Assembly: GCA_027347985.1 (NCBI GenBank)
Contig: DAIEQH010000002.1
Location: 1-40,387, forward strand
Length of the DNA: 40,387 nucleotides
Direction of reading: 5' to 3'
Source of the DNA: Candidatus Nomurabacteria bacterium
Lineage (GTDB): Bacteria; Patescibacteriota; Minisyncoccia; Phycocordibacterales; UBA9973
In this document: one piece after another, positions 23,596 through 35,057 of the stretch
Position numbering within the stretch: position 1 is the first letter of the stretch
Layout of the letters: each line of letters begins with the position of its first letter
Made by a program: the position numbers and the translations under genes
Notes under the pieces: generated by a model
Database searches by the model: none
Told to the model about the DNA's origin: nothing
The model's input: the letters and a program-made list of their open reading frames with translations, nothing else

Positions 23596-25884
23596 TTATA
23601 TTTTTTTAATTTTTAATCTTAAAGAATTAGATACGACCGAAACACTTGAGAAAGCCATTGCAAATCCTGCAAAAACTGGCGAGAGCATCCATCCGAAAAT
23701 CGGATAAAATAATCCTCCTGCGAGCGGTATACCCACAATATTATAAATAAATGCCCAGAAAAGATTTTGCTTTATCCCTCGCATTGTCAACTTTGAAAGA
23801 CGGATTGCTTTAACTAATTTTGAAATATCTCCATGTAAAAGAGTAATACCAGCTGATTCAATAGCCACATCTGTTCCTGTCGCCATAGCGATACCGACAT
23901 CGGCTTGTGCGAGAGCTGGCGCATCGTTCACTCCATCTCCTGCCATTCCCACAACATAACCTTCTTTCTGCAGTGCTTTTATTTTATTTAATTTATCTTC
24001 TGGCATCACTTCTGCGACAACTTCATCAATACCGAGAAGTTTGCCAATATACTCTCCGGTGTTTTTATCATCCCCTGTAAGCATTATCACTTTAATACCA
24101 ATCTTATGTAAGTTTTTTACTGCTTCTTTTCCATCTTCTTTTATTTTATCTGCCACCATAAAAACACTCAGTACTTCATTTTTCGTAGCCAAGATAATTG
24201 GAGTTTTGCCTTCTTTGGTCTGTTCTTCTATCTCTTCTTTATTAAATTTAAGACCAAGATCTGCAATAAGTTTACTATTACCTGCAAAATACTCTACTCC
24301 ATCAATCATTCCCTTTAAACCTTTTCCTTTTATAATTTCAAAATTTGAGACATCTTTTATTTTTACTTTCTTTTCCTTTACATAGTTCATCACAGCACTA
24401 GCAATCGGATGTTCAGATTTATTTTCAAGTGAAGCTAATATCGGAACAAAATCTTCATTTTGAAAAGAAATAAGTTCTGGTCTGCCTAAAGTAAGTGTGC
24501 CCGTCTTATCTACCACAATAACATTTACTTTCCCGAGCTTCTCTAATGTACTTGCATCTTTTATGAGTATACCTTCTTGTGCTCCTTTACCTACTCCAAC
24601 GATAATGGCTGTCGGTGTCGCAAGCCCTAATGCGCAAGGACAAGCGATGACTAAGATACCAACAAAAGAGACTAAACCATAGGACAGTGCCTGAGAAAAG
24701 CCTAAATACCCCGTACCTATCAAAAGCCAAGATCCTAGCGCAATAAATGACAAAATTAAAACAATAGGAACAAAAATACTAGAAATTTTATCGGCAAGTG
24801 TTTGTATGGGCGCACGGCTACTCTGTGCTTCTTCTACCATTTTTATGATATGGGCAAGCATCGTTTCTGAGCCTATCTTTGTGGCTTTAAAAGTAAAAGA
24901 CCCTGTAGTGTTTATCGTACCAGTAATGACAGTATCTCCCACTTTTTTAGAGACAGGCATTGGCTCTCCAGAAATCATGGATTCATCTATGTAAGAAGAA
25001 CCTTCTACCAGAATACCATCTACTGGAATATTACTTCCTGGTTTTACAATTATTAAATCTCCGTGCAAAACTTGTTCTATTGGTATTTCTATTTCTTTAC
25101 CACCGCGAACCACCAGAGCTGTTTTCGCTTGAAGATTCAAAAGTTTTTCTATTGCATCTCCAGTTTTCACCTTAGCTCTCGCTTCTAAATATTTTCCTAA
25201 GGTAATAAAAGCGATAACAACAATGACCACATCATAATAACTTTGATTAACATTTATAAAAGATTTTAAACTTTCTTCAAAAGCACTAATTATAAAACTA
25301 TAGAGCATGGCAACAGTAGTGCCTAAACCAATCAAAGTGTCCATATTGGCCTTGCCATAACGGAAGAATCTATAGAGCCCAAGTAAATATGGCTGACCTA
25401 CAACAAATAAAGTATAAGTGGCCAATATTGGTAAAAGATGATGAAAAAATTCGCTCCAAAAATATGACATCTCTACTATGAGACCAAATTGAGCAAGAAT
25501 ATCCCATCCCATTACAAAAACACTTACCATAACAATAGGGATAAGTGAAAAAAGTTTATTGTGCATGCTTTTAATTTCTAAAAGTTTTTCTTTTTTGGAT
25601 TGATTTATTCCTAAATGTGCTCTGTGTTCATCTTCTGACATTCCCATTTCGCTCGCACTACCAGAAGAAGGAGATTTTATAACAAAAGAATAACCAAGTG
25701 GTTCTATTTTTAGAGAAAGTGCTTCTGGACTCGTCTTAGAAGAATCAAAAGAAATTTTTGCTTTTTCTGTGCCAGAATTAACTTCAATTTTTTCCACTCC
25801 TTCTACCTTCTTCAGAGTTTTTTCAATAATACTCGCACAAGAAGCGCAATGCATGCCTTTTATATTGTAAGTTTCGTTTTGCAT
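23596..25884 (-). CDS. copA: Copper-translocating P1B-type ATPase
   Basis: It has an N-terminal HMA (GMHCASCA), the TM CPC motif (ACPCALGLATP), DKTGTLT and GDGVNDAP. Confidence 0.95.
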   Translation of the reverse strand: MQNETYNIKGMHCASCASIIEKTLKKVEGVEKIEVNSGTEKAKISFDSSKTSPEALSLKIEPLGYSFVIKSPSSGSASEMGMSEDEHRAHLGINQSKKEKLLEIKSMHNKLFSLIPIVMVSVFVMGWDILAQFGLIVEMSYFWSEFFHHLLPILATYTLFVVGQPYLLGLYRFFRYGKANMDTLIGLGTTVAMLYSFIISAFEESLKSFINVNQSYYDVVIVVIAFITLGKYLEARAKVKTGDAIEKLLNLQAKTALVVRGGKEIEIPIEQVLHGDLIIVKPGSNIPVDGILVEGSSYIDESMISGEPMPVSKKVGDTVITGTINTTGSFTFKATKIGSETMLAHIIKMVEEAQSSRAPIQTLADKISSIFVPIVLILSFIALGSWLLIGTGYLGFSQALSYGLVSFVGILVIACPCALGLATPTAIIVGVGKGAQEGILIKDASTLEKLGKVNVIVVDKTGTLTLGRPELISFQNEDFVPILASLENKSEHPIASAVMNYVKEKKVKIKDVSNFEIIKGKGLKGMIDGVEYFAGNSKLIADLGLKFNKEEIEEQTKEGKTPIILATKNEVLSVFMVADKIKEDGKEAVKNLHKIGIKVIMLTGDDKNTGEYIGKLLGIDEVVAEVMPEDKLNKIKALQKEGYVVGMAGDGVNDAPALAQADVGIAMATGTDVAIESAGITLLHGDISKLVKAIRLSKLTMRGIKQNLFWAFIYNIVGIPLAGGLFYPIFGWMLSPVFAGFAMAFSSVSVVSNSLRLKIKKI

Positions 25885-25915
25885 ATTCTTTATTTAATTA
25901 AAATTATAGCTCAAA

Positions 25916-26638
25916 TCAAGAAGCTTTTTGGGTCGTAGTTGTAGAATTTTTTGCAGGCATTGTCTCTCCTGGCTTTGTTTCTAGTAGTTTAAAAGATTCT
26001 TTTACTAATGTTTCTAGCTCATCCATACCATGAAAGCCTGTTAATACATTGTCGTCTACGACCAAAGCTGGGAGTTTAGTATCTTCTATTTTGTATATTT
26101 GAAGCATTGATTTCACAGCAGAAAGATCAATACTATAATCAAAAGAATAGACTCGAAGTTCAGGATATTTATCTCGGAGTGCCGAAAGGGCTAGCCCTTG
26201 TTTTTCACATTCGCTACAATTTTGGGCTGTGGTATAAAAATAAAGAATAAAGGCAGCTTTCGTACCACAACGTTCAGAAATCTTTTTAGTTAAAAGATAA
26301 TCTTTAATTTCAAGAAGAGAATAATATTTCTTTAAATATGAAACTGTGTCGGGGGTTCCTAAATTTTGCTGTCCCCATTCCAATTTTTTACCGAGTTCGC
26401 CAAGCTCTCCAGAAAGCACGGAATCAGAAAGATTCTTGCAGGAAAGTTCTGAAAGAAGAGAAAATTGTGTTTCAGAAGAAAGAATATCTATTGATATTTT
26501 ATCTTGAATTTGTTTTAATTGGTCAATCTTTTTATTACCAAAATAATTGCTAATATAACTAGCACTTAGAAAGAGTGCAATAGTTATTAAAAAAACAATT
26601 AAATACTTTTTCCAATCTATATGATTTTCTGTGTTCAT
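25916..26638 (-). CDS. Membrane-anchored thioredoxin-like protein (CxxC)
   Basis: It has an N-terminal TM. The C-terminal region carries NCSECEKQG (CxxC) and Trx-fold-like spacing. It lies directly upstream of copA. Confidence 0.5.
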   Translation of the reverse strand: MNTENHIDWKKYLIVFLITIALFLSASYISNYFGNKKIDQLKQIQDKISIDILSSETQFSLLSELSCKNLSDSVLSGELGELGKKLEWGQQNLGTPDTVSYLKKYYSLLEIKDYLLTKKISERCGTKAAFILYFYTTAQNCSECEKQGLALSALRDKYPELRVYSFDYSIDLSAVKSMLQIYKIEDTKLPALVVDDNVLTGFHGMDELETLVKESFKLLETKPGETMPAKNSTTTTQKAS

Positions 26639-26668
26639 AATTCGTAATTGATAGTTTGTAATTGACTT

Positions 26669-27916
26669 CTATCTCCAAGCTGGTTTCTTCCTAAAAAAAA
26701 TGGTGTTATATATTGCCTTGAAAAGCCAAAATGGGCCAAGTATTGTAAATATTATAAAATAATAAATTATATTAGGAGAAAAACTTATTTTGTTTTCTAC
26801 CATTTTTCTGCCAAAAATTACTGAAAAAACAATCAAAAAGTACAATACAAAAGAAATAAAAAATATTGATTGTGTATTTATAAAGTAAGGATCTATAAAA
26901 TGTTTATTAAAATCAATATTCATGCCTATAGTCTGATATTCTATAAACTTGGAGATTAAAAAACTTCCGAGATTGTAAACCATCTTTCCTATAAGATAAC
27001 AAACAGCAATTAAAGAAATTAGAATCATTGGCAATGTAAAAAAAGAAAAATCACCATATCCTTTTTTGAAAATTAATTTTCTATAATCAATCATATTGTT
27101 AATAGAACCATAAATCCAACGTAATCTTTGTTTATAAAGTTTTTTTACTGTCGGTGGAGTATTGGTATACACATATGCGTCATTGCATTGTTCTATTTTG
27201 TAATGATTTTTTTGCATTCTATAAGCTATCTCCATATCTTCTGTATTGTGGGCATGTCTATATGGACCCAAATCATCAAAAACTTTCTTACGAAAAACAG
27301 TAAGTGGTCCTGGTGTAACATGGATACCCCCCATAAATCCGAGCATCTTTTTTAAATAAACGGCTAAATGATATTCAGCTTCTTGGGCTTTTTGAATAAA
27401 ACTTACAGAATTTACAGCAATAATAGAAGGAGCAACAGCCATAATATTAGAATCTTTTTCAAAATAACTCATGATGCGAACCAAAGACTCAGGGTCTGCA
27501 GTAGAATCAGCATCGAGACAACCTAAATAATCGGTCTCAACGTTTTCCAGACCCAGATTAAGCGCAGTATATTTTCCACCATTTTCTTTGTGAAAAATTC
27601 TAATATTCGGATACTTGGTAAACTTCTCCATGGTATTCCAAGTCTTGTCAGTAGATCCATCATCTATTAAAAATATTTCTACTCTATCTTCCGGATAATT
27701 TAAATCAAGCAAAGAGCGAACTGTCTTATATATTGTCGCTTCTTCGTTCCAAGCAGGAACAATAATCGTTACCCTAGGGTATTTGAGAAGTTCAATGGGT
27801 CCGTGTCTTATAACTATTTTTTTTCTGTTATCCAAAAAGGTAATCAAAAAAAATACCTGCACATATACAGACAAAAAAGTCAAAATGTAAAACACTATAT
27901 CTCCTACTGAATTCAT
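26669..27916 (-). CDS. Family 2 glycosyltransferase, processive membrane type
   Basis: Motifs: VTIIVPAWNEE, DDGSTD, LDADS, QRLRW. C-terminal TM helices are present. Confidence 0.85.
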   Translation of the reverse strand: MNSVGDIVFYILTFLSVYVQVFFLITFLDNRKKIVIRHGPIELLKYPRVTIIVPAWNEEATIYKTVRSLLDLNYPEDRVEIFLIDDGSTDKTWNTMEKFTKYPNIRIFHKENGGKYTALNLGLENVETDYLGCLDADSTADPESLVRIMSYFEKDSNIMAVAPSIIAVNSVSFIQKAQEAEYHLAVYLKKMLGFMGGIHVTPGPLTVFRKKVFDDLGPYRHAHNTEDMEIAYRMQKNHYKIEQCNDAYVYTNTPPTVKKLYKQRLRWIYGSINNMIDYRKLIFKKGYGDFSFFTLPMILISLIAVCYLIGKMVYNLGSFLISKFIEYQTIGMNIDFNKHFIDPYFINTQSIFFISFVLYFLIVFSVIFGRKMVENKISFSPNIIYYFIIFTILGPFWLFKAIYNTIFFRKKPAWR

Positions 27917-27959
27917 ATTCTATAATAGTAATATAACATTTTGAGCACAAAAAGCAAAC

Positions 27960-27987
27960 CCCCGCTTGGACCTAGGTCCAAGCGGGG
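27960..27987 (-). terminator. Perfect 28-bp palindrome terminator after the DUF378 gene
   Basis: CCCCGCTTGGACCTAGGTCCAAGCGGGG is followed on the minus strand by GTTTGCTTTTT. Confidence 0.65.
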
Positions 27988-28010
27988 AAGCCTTAAAAAT
28001 AAAGCCCAAA

Positions 28011-28277
28011 TTACATAGTTCCCTCTGTTTTTGGAGCTTCTTCTTTTGCACAAGATTCACAAACACCGTTTATACACTTACCACATTTGCAACCAAAAAT
28101 CATCATGACAGCTCCTACACCTACTAGGACATAAATTATAGCCTCTAATGTAGAAACAGAGCCAAAAATCATATTGACTACGTTCCACCCATCCACACTG
28201 CCCAAAAGCATACCCAATCCTATTAAGCCCCAGTTGATTCCTCCTACAATCACAAGAATTTTTGCAATTATAGCCAT
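28011..28277 (-). CDS. DUF378 family small membrane protein with a Cys-rich C-terminal tail
   Basis: MAIIAKILVIVGGINWGLIGL is a typical DUF378 N-terminus. An SD-like AAGGTGGT lies 7 nt upstream of ATG 28277. The track start at 28313 would add MCKDCCKKGGCT. The C-terminal tail is GCKCGKCINGVCESC. Confidence 0.6.
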   Translation of the reverse strand: MAIIAKILVIVGGINWGLIGLGMLLGSVDGWNVVNMIFGSVSTLEAIIYVLVGVGAVMMIFGCKCGKCINGVCESCAKEEAPKTEGTM

Positions 28278-28473
28278 AGTGCAACCACCTTTTTTACAAC
28301 AATCTTTACACATAATTTTAAAGTTAATTTATAATGTCTTCCTGCCCAAACGACGATTTAAGCAAGTTTCAATAATGACCCTATAATTATATCATAACCT
28401 CCAAAAATACAACAAGAACGAGAATAAGGGCAATAACCAACAATCTACATCTACGCCATGGCTGAGATGCGTT

Positions 28474-29706
28474 TTAATCGAAATAATTCTTAAGACGGGC
28501 GATTTTCTCATGCTGGCGGAGCTTTTCGTGCACTTTTGCCTCAATCTGACGAATACGTTCACGAGTGACGCCAAACTCTTCCCCTACTCTTTCAAGAGTG
28601 TGTTGAATACCATCAACAAGTCCATAACGCATTTCTAGAATTTTACATTCTTTAGGATTAAGTTCATTCAAGACTTCACGGATTTGGTCAGACAAAATTC
28701 TTCTGGAAGATTCTTGATCTGGACGCAAAATTTTATCATCTGGAATAAAGTTCTCTAGAGTTGATTTGTCATCATCGTCTCCAACTGGTTGCTCAAGGGA
28801 AATAGTTTCTTGGCTGATATTTTCAATCACGTGAATTTTTTCAACAGGAATTCCCATTTCTGTGGCTATCTCTTCAGCTAATGGCTCTCGGCCTAAATCT
28901 TGAGAAAGTCTTCTATATGTTTGTTTATATTTTGAAATGGTCTCTACCATGTGCACAGGAATACGGATAGTTCTAGATTGGTCGGCAAGAGCACGAGTGA
29001 TAGATTGGCGAATCCACCAAGTGGCATAAGTAGAAAATTTATATCCTTTAGTCCAATCAAACTTTTCAACGGCTTTAAATAACCCCAAGTTTCCTTCTTG
29101 AATCAGATCAAGGAGACTTAAATTAGCAGATCTCCCTACATATTTTTTAGCAATAGAAACAACTAAACGCAAATTTGCGCGTGCTAGTAAATTTTTAGCT
29201 TCTGGATCACCAAGTTCAATTCTTTTTGCTAAATCTTTTTCATCTACAGCATGAATGAGAGAATATTGCCCGATTTCTTTTAAATACATTTGGATAGAAT
29301 CATGAATAGTAGATTTGTTTAAATCCTTATCATTTATATCGTTATCTAGATTCAGCAAATTTCCACCTTCCAAGACATCGATGCCAGCCACTGCAAATTT
29401 TTCATAAAGTTCATCTAAGAAGAAAATATTATTTTCAATATCTGGAAAGGTTTTCAATATTTCGTCGTAAGTTATAAAACCTCTTTTTCGCCCTTTTTCT
29501 ATAAGGGTATCTGCCAAACGAGAAAATTCTTCTGCTTTTTTTTCTGAAATAGTCAATTTCTTCAGAGTTTTTACTTTTGCGATTTTTTTATGAGATTTCT
29601 TTAAAACTTTGCTTTTCTTTTTGATTACCTTTTTTACTATTTTTTTCTTAGTCTTTTTAACTTTAGCCTTAGAAACTTTTTTATTTGTCTTTTTTGTTTT
29701 TTTCAT
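28474..29706 (-). CDS. rpoD: RNA polymerase sigma-70 factor RpoD with a lysine-rich N-terminal extension
   Basis: Regions 1.2-4.2 are present ([62 protein letters not shown]). The track start at 29721 is TTG. I prefer the ATG at 29706. Confidence 0.9.
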   Translation of the reverse strand: MKKTKKTNKKVSKAKVKKTKKKIVKKVIKKKSKVLKKSHKKIAKVKTLKKLTISEKKAEEFSRLADTLIEKGRKRGFITYDEILKTFPDIENNIFFLDELYEKFAVAGIDVLEGGNLLNLDNDINDKDLNKSTIHDSIQMYLKEIGQYSLIHAVDEKDLAKRIELGDPEAKNLLARANLRLVVSIAKKYVGRSANLSLLDLIQEGNLGLFKAVEKFDWTKGYKFSTYATWWIRQSITRALADQSRTIRIPVHMVETISKYKQTYRRLSQDLGREPLAEEIATEMGIPVEKIHVIENISQETISLEQPVGDDDDKSTLENFIPDDKILRPDQESSRRILSDQIREVLNELNPKECKILEMRYGLVDGIQHTLERVGEEFGVTRERIRQIEAKVHEKLRQHEKIARLKNYFD

Positions 29707-29723
29707 AATTTTATTTCCCAACT

Positions 29724-31436
29724 TTACCGACCACGATTATTTTTAATTTCTTCTTTTCTCTTATTTATCTCATATATTCTTTTTAAAATATCTGCTTCTC
29801 CTTTTCTGTCTTTTAAATTTTGCAGCTCTAGCATTTTTTTGCTCATTTCTTCATTCAGATATTCTTCTTCTAAATTGAGCAACATTTCATTTACATCTTT
29901 TTCCAAATTTTCACTATTTGAATAAAATTCTTCTGCTTCATATATCAAATCTTCTTTTATATTTTTATAAATCTCTTTTGCTTTAGACAGCTTCTTGAAA
30001 ATTAATTCAGGATCTATCATCTTATTTTTTATACTTTCTTGCCAGAAAGCAATACCTAGGAGCCTACGTAGAATAGGGTCCTTCCTCATCCTTTTCTCTA
30101 CGTTTTCTTTTGCTATTTTTGTATCTTCTGTCTCTTTTTTCAATTCTGACTCTACTTTCCGCAGATCTTCTATTAAGGCACTTTCAGATATTCCTGATTT
30201 ATTACTGATAAGTTTAATAAAGTGCGATTTTTCAATCGAACTCTCGAGAGCATCAACATAAGGTAATATTTTTTCTTTTATTTCTCTTCCAACTTTGTGC
30301 ATATCTTCTTTATAAGTGTTCAAAACTTTATTTAGAAGAAACTCTATTATATGTTTTGATTCGCGGACAGCCTTGCGCCATTCATCTACACCATTTTTAG
30401 AAATTAAATCCGCAGGGTCTATTCCTTCCGGCATGGCAACAACTTTCACATCCATTCCGAAAGAAAGAGCAATTTTCCCGGCACGGGTTACAGCATTGAA
30501 ACCTGCCTTGTCTGCATCAAAAGAAAGAACAATATTCAGAGATAAACGACGGAGCAATCCTAAATTGGAAACAACATTTTCTTTAGAAACAGTAGAGTCT
30601 GAAAGGGCTGTTCCTGAGGTAGCGACAGTATTGCGAAAGCCAGCCTGATGAGATAAAACAAGATCCATTTGTCCTTCTACTAAAATAGAAAAATTATTTT
30701 TACGAATGGACTCTTTGGCTTTATCTAGGCCATAAAGAACAGCTGATTTACTAAAAATAGGGGTATCTGGGCTATTTAAATATTTAGCACTTTTGCCGTC
30801 ATCTTCAAAAATTCTTCCAGAGAAAGCAATAATACGTCCACTTGAATCAGAGATAGGAAAAATAATTCTGCCACGAAAACGATCATACATCCCCTTTTCT
30901 GTTTTTTTAGCAAGCCCTGCAAGTTCTATTTCTTTATCTGTAAAATTTTTACTTTTAAGATGAGTATAAAGCAAACGCCAATCGTTTTTTACAAACCCAA
31001 TTCTGAAATCTTTAATACTTTTGTCCTCTAATCCTCTTCCTTTTAAATATTTTATAACTTCTGGATTATCTGCAAAATTTTTCTCAAAAAATTTAGTAGC
31101 TTCTTCCATAATTCTATACAACCTTTCTTTTTCTCCTTCTTTTTCTTTATTAAAGGTGGTAAGAGTGACTCCAGCACGTTCTGCTAAAATCTTTAAAGCA
31201 CCTTTAAAATCAAGTCCTTCAAATTCTTCTACAAAACTAAAAACATCTCCTTTTGCCCCACAACCAAAACAATAGTAAGTGCCTCTGTCTACCGACACAA
31301 AGAAGGAGGGTGTCTTTTCATTATGAAATGGACACTTGGCCTTAAAGTTTGCGCCTGCCCTATCTAACTTTATGTAGGAAGAGACTACTTCTTCGATTGA
31401 AAGCCTCTCCTTAATTTGTTCTACTGGAGAGTTCAT
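29724..31436 (-). CDS. dnaG: DNA primase
   Basis: It has the zinc finger [14 protein letters not shown]...YYCFGCG and a TOPRIM domain (ILVEGQMD...FDADKAG). Confidence 0.9.
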   Translation of the reverse strand: MNSPVEQIKERLSIEEVVSSYIKLDRAGANFKAKCPFHNEKTPSFFVSVDRGTYYCFGCGAKGDVFSFVEEFEGLDFKGALKILAERAGVTLTTFNKEKEGEKERLYRIMEEATKFFEKNFADNPEVIKYLKGRGLEDKSIKDFRIGFVKNDWRLLYTHLKSKNFTDKEIELAGLAKKTEKGMYDRFRGRIIFPISDSSGRIIAFSGRIFEDDGKSAKYLNSPDTPIFSKSAVLYGLDKAKESIRKNNFSILVEGQMDLVLSHQAGFRNTVATSGTALSDSTVSKENVVSNLGLLRRLSLNIVLSFDADKAGFNAVTRAGKIALSFGMDVKVVAMPEGIDPADLISKNGVDEWRKAVRESKHIIEFLLNKVLNTYKEDMHKVGREIKEKILPYVDALESSIEKSHFIKLISNKSGISESALIEDLRKVESELKKETEDTKIAKENVEKRMRKDPILRRLLGIAFWQESIKNKMIDPELIFKKLSKAKEIYKNIKEDLIYEAEEFYSNSENLEKDVNEMLLNLEEEYLNEEMSKKMLELQNLKDRKGEADILKRIYEINKRKEEIKNNRGR

Positions 31437-31442
31437 AAAGTT

Positions 31443-34400
31443 TTATTCCTCTTCTTCGGGGGAAGTTATTCTGCTTTTAAATCCAGTTCCAGCTGGAATT
31501 AATCTTCCAATAATAACGTTCTCTTTTAATCCTCGGAGTGAATCTACTCCGCCTTTAATTGCATTTTCAATAAGAACACGGTTAGTATTTTGGAAGGAAG
31601 CTGCAGAAAGCCAACTCTTTGTACGAAGGGATACTTCAGTAATACCGAGTACTATTGTTTCTGCTTTTGCTTCTTTTTGATCTATTTTAGCGACTCTATT
31701 ATTTTCTTCAATAAAGGCTGTATTCTCAACAATATCTCCAACTGAGAAATTGGTCTCGCCTGCATCTTTTATTTTTCTGCGTGAAAACATTTGACGAATA
31801 ATTATTTCAGTATGTTTTCTAGAGATTGAAGCACTTTGGAGTTCATAAACTTTATTTATCTCTCGGATGATATATTCTTCAACCATTTCTTTGGTACCAA
31901 ATTTGAATATTTCAGCAATATCAGCAGATCCATCTGTCAAAAGTTCTCCCTTCTTTACCTTTTGACCAACCTTCACTATTGGAGTTCTGCGGAATGGCAC
32001 CAAATATTCTATTTCTTTAGATTTTTTATCTGTTGTTTCTACATCAGAAAGAACTTTAATTATTTTTTCTTTTCCATCTTTGTCTTTTATTTCAAAAATT
32101 TCTCCATCAGTTTCTGAAACAATAGCCGGATTTTTTGGAATTCTTCTTTCAAAGATTTCTTCAATACGAGGCAAACCTGTGGTGATATCTGTTCCTGCGA
32201 CACCTCCAGCGTGGAAAGTACGAAGTGTAAGCTGTGTACCCGGTTCTCCGATTGCTTGAGCTGCGATAATACCGACAGCTTCTCCTAGATCAACAAGATG
32301 GTTTCGTCCGAGGTCTAATCCATAACACATCTGGCAAAGTCCATGAGTGGTACGACAAGTAAGTGGAGAACGCACAAAGACTTCTTCAAAACCTGCTCCT
32401 TCAATGTTATGCGCCTCTTCTTTAGTAATCAAAAATCCTTTCTTGTAAATTACCTTTCCATCTTTATCTTTCAAGTCTGCTGCTAATACTCGTCCACGAA
32501 TATTTTTTGATAAAGGTATTTCAATTCCAGAAATATTTTCTTTAGTTACCATTTTGCCTTCTTTAGTGCCACAATCTTCTTCAGTGATGACCACATCTTG
32601 TGCAACATCCACTAAACGACGTGTGAGGTATCCAGCTTTTGCCGTGTTCAAGGCAGTGTCGGATGCACCCTTACGAGCACCGTGAGTGGTAACGAAATAT
32701 TCAATCGGAGAGAGACCTTCTTGATAAGAAGGAATAATAGGAAATTCCAGTGTTTTACCTTGATTATTTTGAATGAGCCCTTTCATCCCTATCATTTGAA
32801 TAAGAGAAGTCATAGTACCACGGGCCCCAGACATAAATAGGTCATAAGTAGAACCATTTTTATCAAGGGTTTTTGGAAGAACTTTTTCTAATTCCTTTTT
32901 GGCATAGGTCCAAACTTCAATAATTTTTTGATATTTTTCTTCTTCTGAAAGAAGACCCTCATTCCATTCTTCAATTATTTTTTCTTCTAATTTTCTACCG
33001 TCTGCAACGATTTTTGCTTTTTCGGGAGGTACTTTTACGTTATCCAATCCCCAAGTCGTACCAGAAAATGTTGAATATTTGAAACCAAAACTCTTTATTT
33101 TATCCAAGATAGGAGGAGTATTGTCTACACCATAGTGCATGATAAGTTCATCCACAAGAGAAGATAATCTCTTTTGATTCATTTCATCACTAACATAAGA
33201 GAAATCTTTTGGCAAAATACTATTGAAAAGTAATTTACCGACAGTAGTCTCAAAAAATTCTCCATCAAATTTTCTATATTTATGAGTATCCGTTCCTAAA
33301 ACTTTTATTTTAGCTCTGAAAGAGACAATTCCATATTCGTAAGCAGTGATGGCAGTATTAGGGCTAGAAAAATATTTACCTTCACCTATTTCTCCATCAA
33401 CAGATTTTGTCATCCAATAAGCTCCAAGCACAATATCTTTACTTGGATGCACAATAGGCTCTCCGTTTTGAGGTTTAAGTAGGTTTTTATTTGCAGCCAT
33501 CAATTCTCTTGCTTCAGCTTGAGCTTCTTCTAAGAGAGGAACATATACAGCCATCTGGTCTCCGTCGAAGTCGGCATTAAAAGCGGCACAGACAAGAGGA
33601 TGTACTTGAATAGCATTTCCTTCAATTAGAATCGGATTAAAAGCTTGAATACCGAGACGGTGGAGGGTCGGCGCACGGTTTAAGAGGACATATTTACCTT
33701 GAATTACTTCTTCAAGCATTGCCCAAACTTCTGGAGTACGCTCTTCTATCAATTTGTTTGCTCCACGAATATTGAAAGCAAGTTCTGCTAACAAGATTTT
33801 GGAAATAACAAATGGTCTGAAAAGTTCGAGTGCCATATGTTTCGGAAGTCCACATTGATTGAGTTTCAATTCAGGACCAACCACGATAACAGAACGACCT
33901 GAATAGTCCACACGTTTGCCAAGTAAATTTTGACGGAATAATCCTTGTTTTGATTTCAAATTATCAGACAATGATTTTAGAGGGCGTTTTTGTGATTGAC
34001 TCATTGCAGCACTATCATTTTGCTTGGCAATAGAGTTATCTATAAGAGCATCGACGGCTTCTTGAATGATTCTTTTTTCATTTCGCAAAATTACATCTGG
34101 TGCATTAATTTCCTTTAATTTCTTTAGACGATTATTTCTATTGATGACTCGACGATAAAGATCGTTCAAGTCGGAGGTCGCATGTCTTCCTCCATCAAGA
34201 GCAACCATCGGACGGAGGACTGGAGGAATAACTGGAATAACAGTCAAAAACATCCATTCAGGTCGAATATTTGCATAAGTCATAGCACGGATAAGTGAAA
34301 GTCTTTTCTGTAATTTTTCTTTTTCAATTATACTTGCTTTCTCAAGCATTTTTTCGGTATGAGCTTTTAATTTGTTTAGATCAAGATTCTTGAAAATAGA

Positions 34401-35057
34401 ATAAATAGCTTCAGCTCCTATATTAGCTTCAAAACAAGTACCGTATTTCAAAGAGTAATGATGAAAAGAAATTTCGTTTAAAACTTTACCTTCATAAATT
34501 TCCAAAATTTCTTTCTTGGTATTAGAAAATAAATTCTTTAATTTTTCTTTCGTGTCATCATCAGCCGCATTTTTTAATTTAGCTTTATATTCTTTTTCCA
34601 ACCCTTGCACAATTATATCTTTCTCATCCTCGTGAACTTTGGTGATTATGTATCCTGCAAAGTAAATTACTTTTTCTAAGTCGGAAACAGAAATATTAAG
34701 AAGAATACTCATTCTAGATGGTACTCCCCTTAAAAACCAAATATGGGCAACAGGTGTAGAAAGTTCGATATGTCCCATTCTTTCACGTCTTACGATAGAA
34801 CGTGTCACTTCCACTCCACATTTCTCACAGATAATATCTTTATAGCGAATTCGGCGATATTTTCCACAATAACATTCATAGTCTTTCTCTGGTCCAAAGA
34901 TTTTTTCATCAAAAAGACCACCACGTTCAGATCTACCTGTTCGGTAATTTATAGTCTCAGGCTTGGTCACTTCCCCATAAGACCATTCTTTTATCTGCTC
35001 AGGAGATGCAAGCTTGAGTGAAATATAATCAAAATCAGTTTTATTTAGTGTTTTCAT
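31443..35057 (-). CDS. rpoC: DNA-directed RNA polymerase subunit beta'
   Basis: NADFDGDQM, the zinc motifs CYCGKY...CEKCGV, and trigger-loop regions are present. It overlaps the rpoB stop by 17 nt. Confidence 0.97.
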   Translation of the reverse strand: MKTLNKTDFDYISLKLASPEQIKEWSYGEVTKPETINYRTGRSERGGLFDEKIFGPEKDYECYCGKYRRIRYKDIICEKCGVEVTRSIVRRERMGHIELSTPVAHIWFLRGVPSRMSILLNISVSDLEKVIYFAGYIITKVHEDEKDIIVQGLEKEYKAKLKNAADDDTKEKLKNLFSNTKKEILEIYEGKVLNEISFHHYSLKYGTCFEANIGAEAIYSIFKNLDLNKLKAHTEKMLEKASIIEKEKLQKRLSLIRAMTYANIRPEWMFLTVIPVIPPVLRPMVALDGGRHATSDLNDLYRRVINRNNRLKKLKEINAPDVILRNEKRIIQEAVDALIDNSIAKQNDSAAMSQSQKRPLKSLSDNLKSKQGLFRQNLLGKRVDYSGRSVIVVGPELKLNQCGLPKHMALELFRPFVISKILLAELAFNIRGANKLIEERTPEVWAMLEEVIQGKYVLLNRAPTLHRLGIQAFNPILIEGNAIQVHPLVCAAFNADFDGDQMAVYVPLLEEAQAEARELMAANKNLLKPQNGEPIVHPSKDIVLGAYWMTKSVDGEIGEGKYFSSPNTAITAYEYGIVSFRAKIKVLGTDTHKYRKFDGEFFETTVGKLLFNSILPKDFSYVSDEMNQKRLSSLVDELIMHYGVDNTPPILDKIKSFGFKYSTFSGTTWGLDNVKVPPEKAKIVADGRKLEEKIIEEWNEGLLSEEEKYQKIIEVWTYAKKELEKVLPKTLDKNGSTYDLFMSGARGTMTSLIQMIGMKGLIQNNQGKTLEFPIIPSYQEGLSPIEYFVTTHGARKGASDTALNTAKAGYLTRRLVDVAQDVVITEEDCGTKEGKMVTKENISGIEIPLSKNIRGRVLAADLKDKDGKVIYKKGFLITKEEAHNIEGAGFEEVFVRSPLTCRTTHGLCQMCYGLDLGRNHLVDLGEAVGIIAAQAIGEPGTQLTLRTFHAGGVAGTDITTGLPRIEEIFERRIPKNPAIVSETDGEIFEIKDKDGKEKIIKVLSDVETTDKKSKEIEYLVPFRRTPIVKVGQKVKKGELLTDGSADIAEIFKFGTKEMVEEYIIREINKVYELQSASISRKHTEIIIRQMFSRRKIKDAGETNFSVGDIVENTAFIEENNRVAKIDQKEAKAETIVLGITEVSLRTKSWLSAASFQNTNRVLIENAIKGGVDSLRGLKENVIIGRLIPAGTGFKSRITSPEEEE

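Noticed and set aside
28078-28284. 68-aa alternate-frame ORF within the DUF378 gene
   Set aside because: It is a same-strand overlapping frame without motifs. The DUF378 frame is strongly supported by GGINWGLIGL.
28314-28473. 160-nt gap between rpoD and the DUF378 gene as a possible ncRNA or riboswitch
   Set aside because: I could find only weak, short stems and promoter-like AT boxes, with no convincing conserved structure. I left it unannotated.
35041-35057. The 17-nt gene overlaps (rpoB/rpoC here, decarboxylase/DUF192 at 10984-11000) as a special shared signal
   Set aside because: The two overlap sequences are not alike (tatgaaaacactaaataa versus aatggagatcataaataa). The equal length looks coincidental, and ordinary translational coupling suffices.
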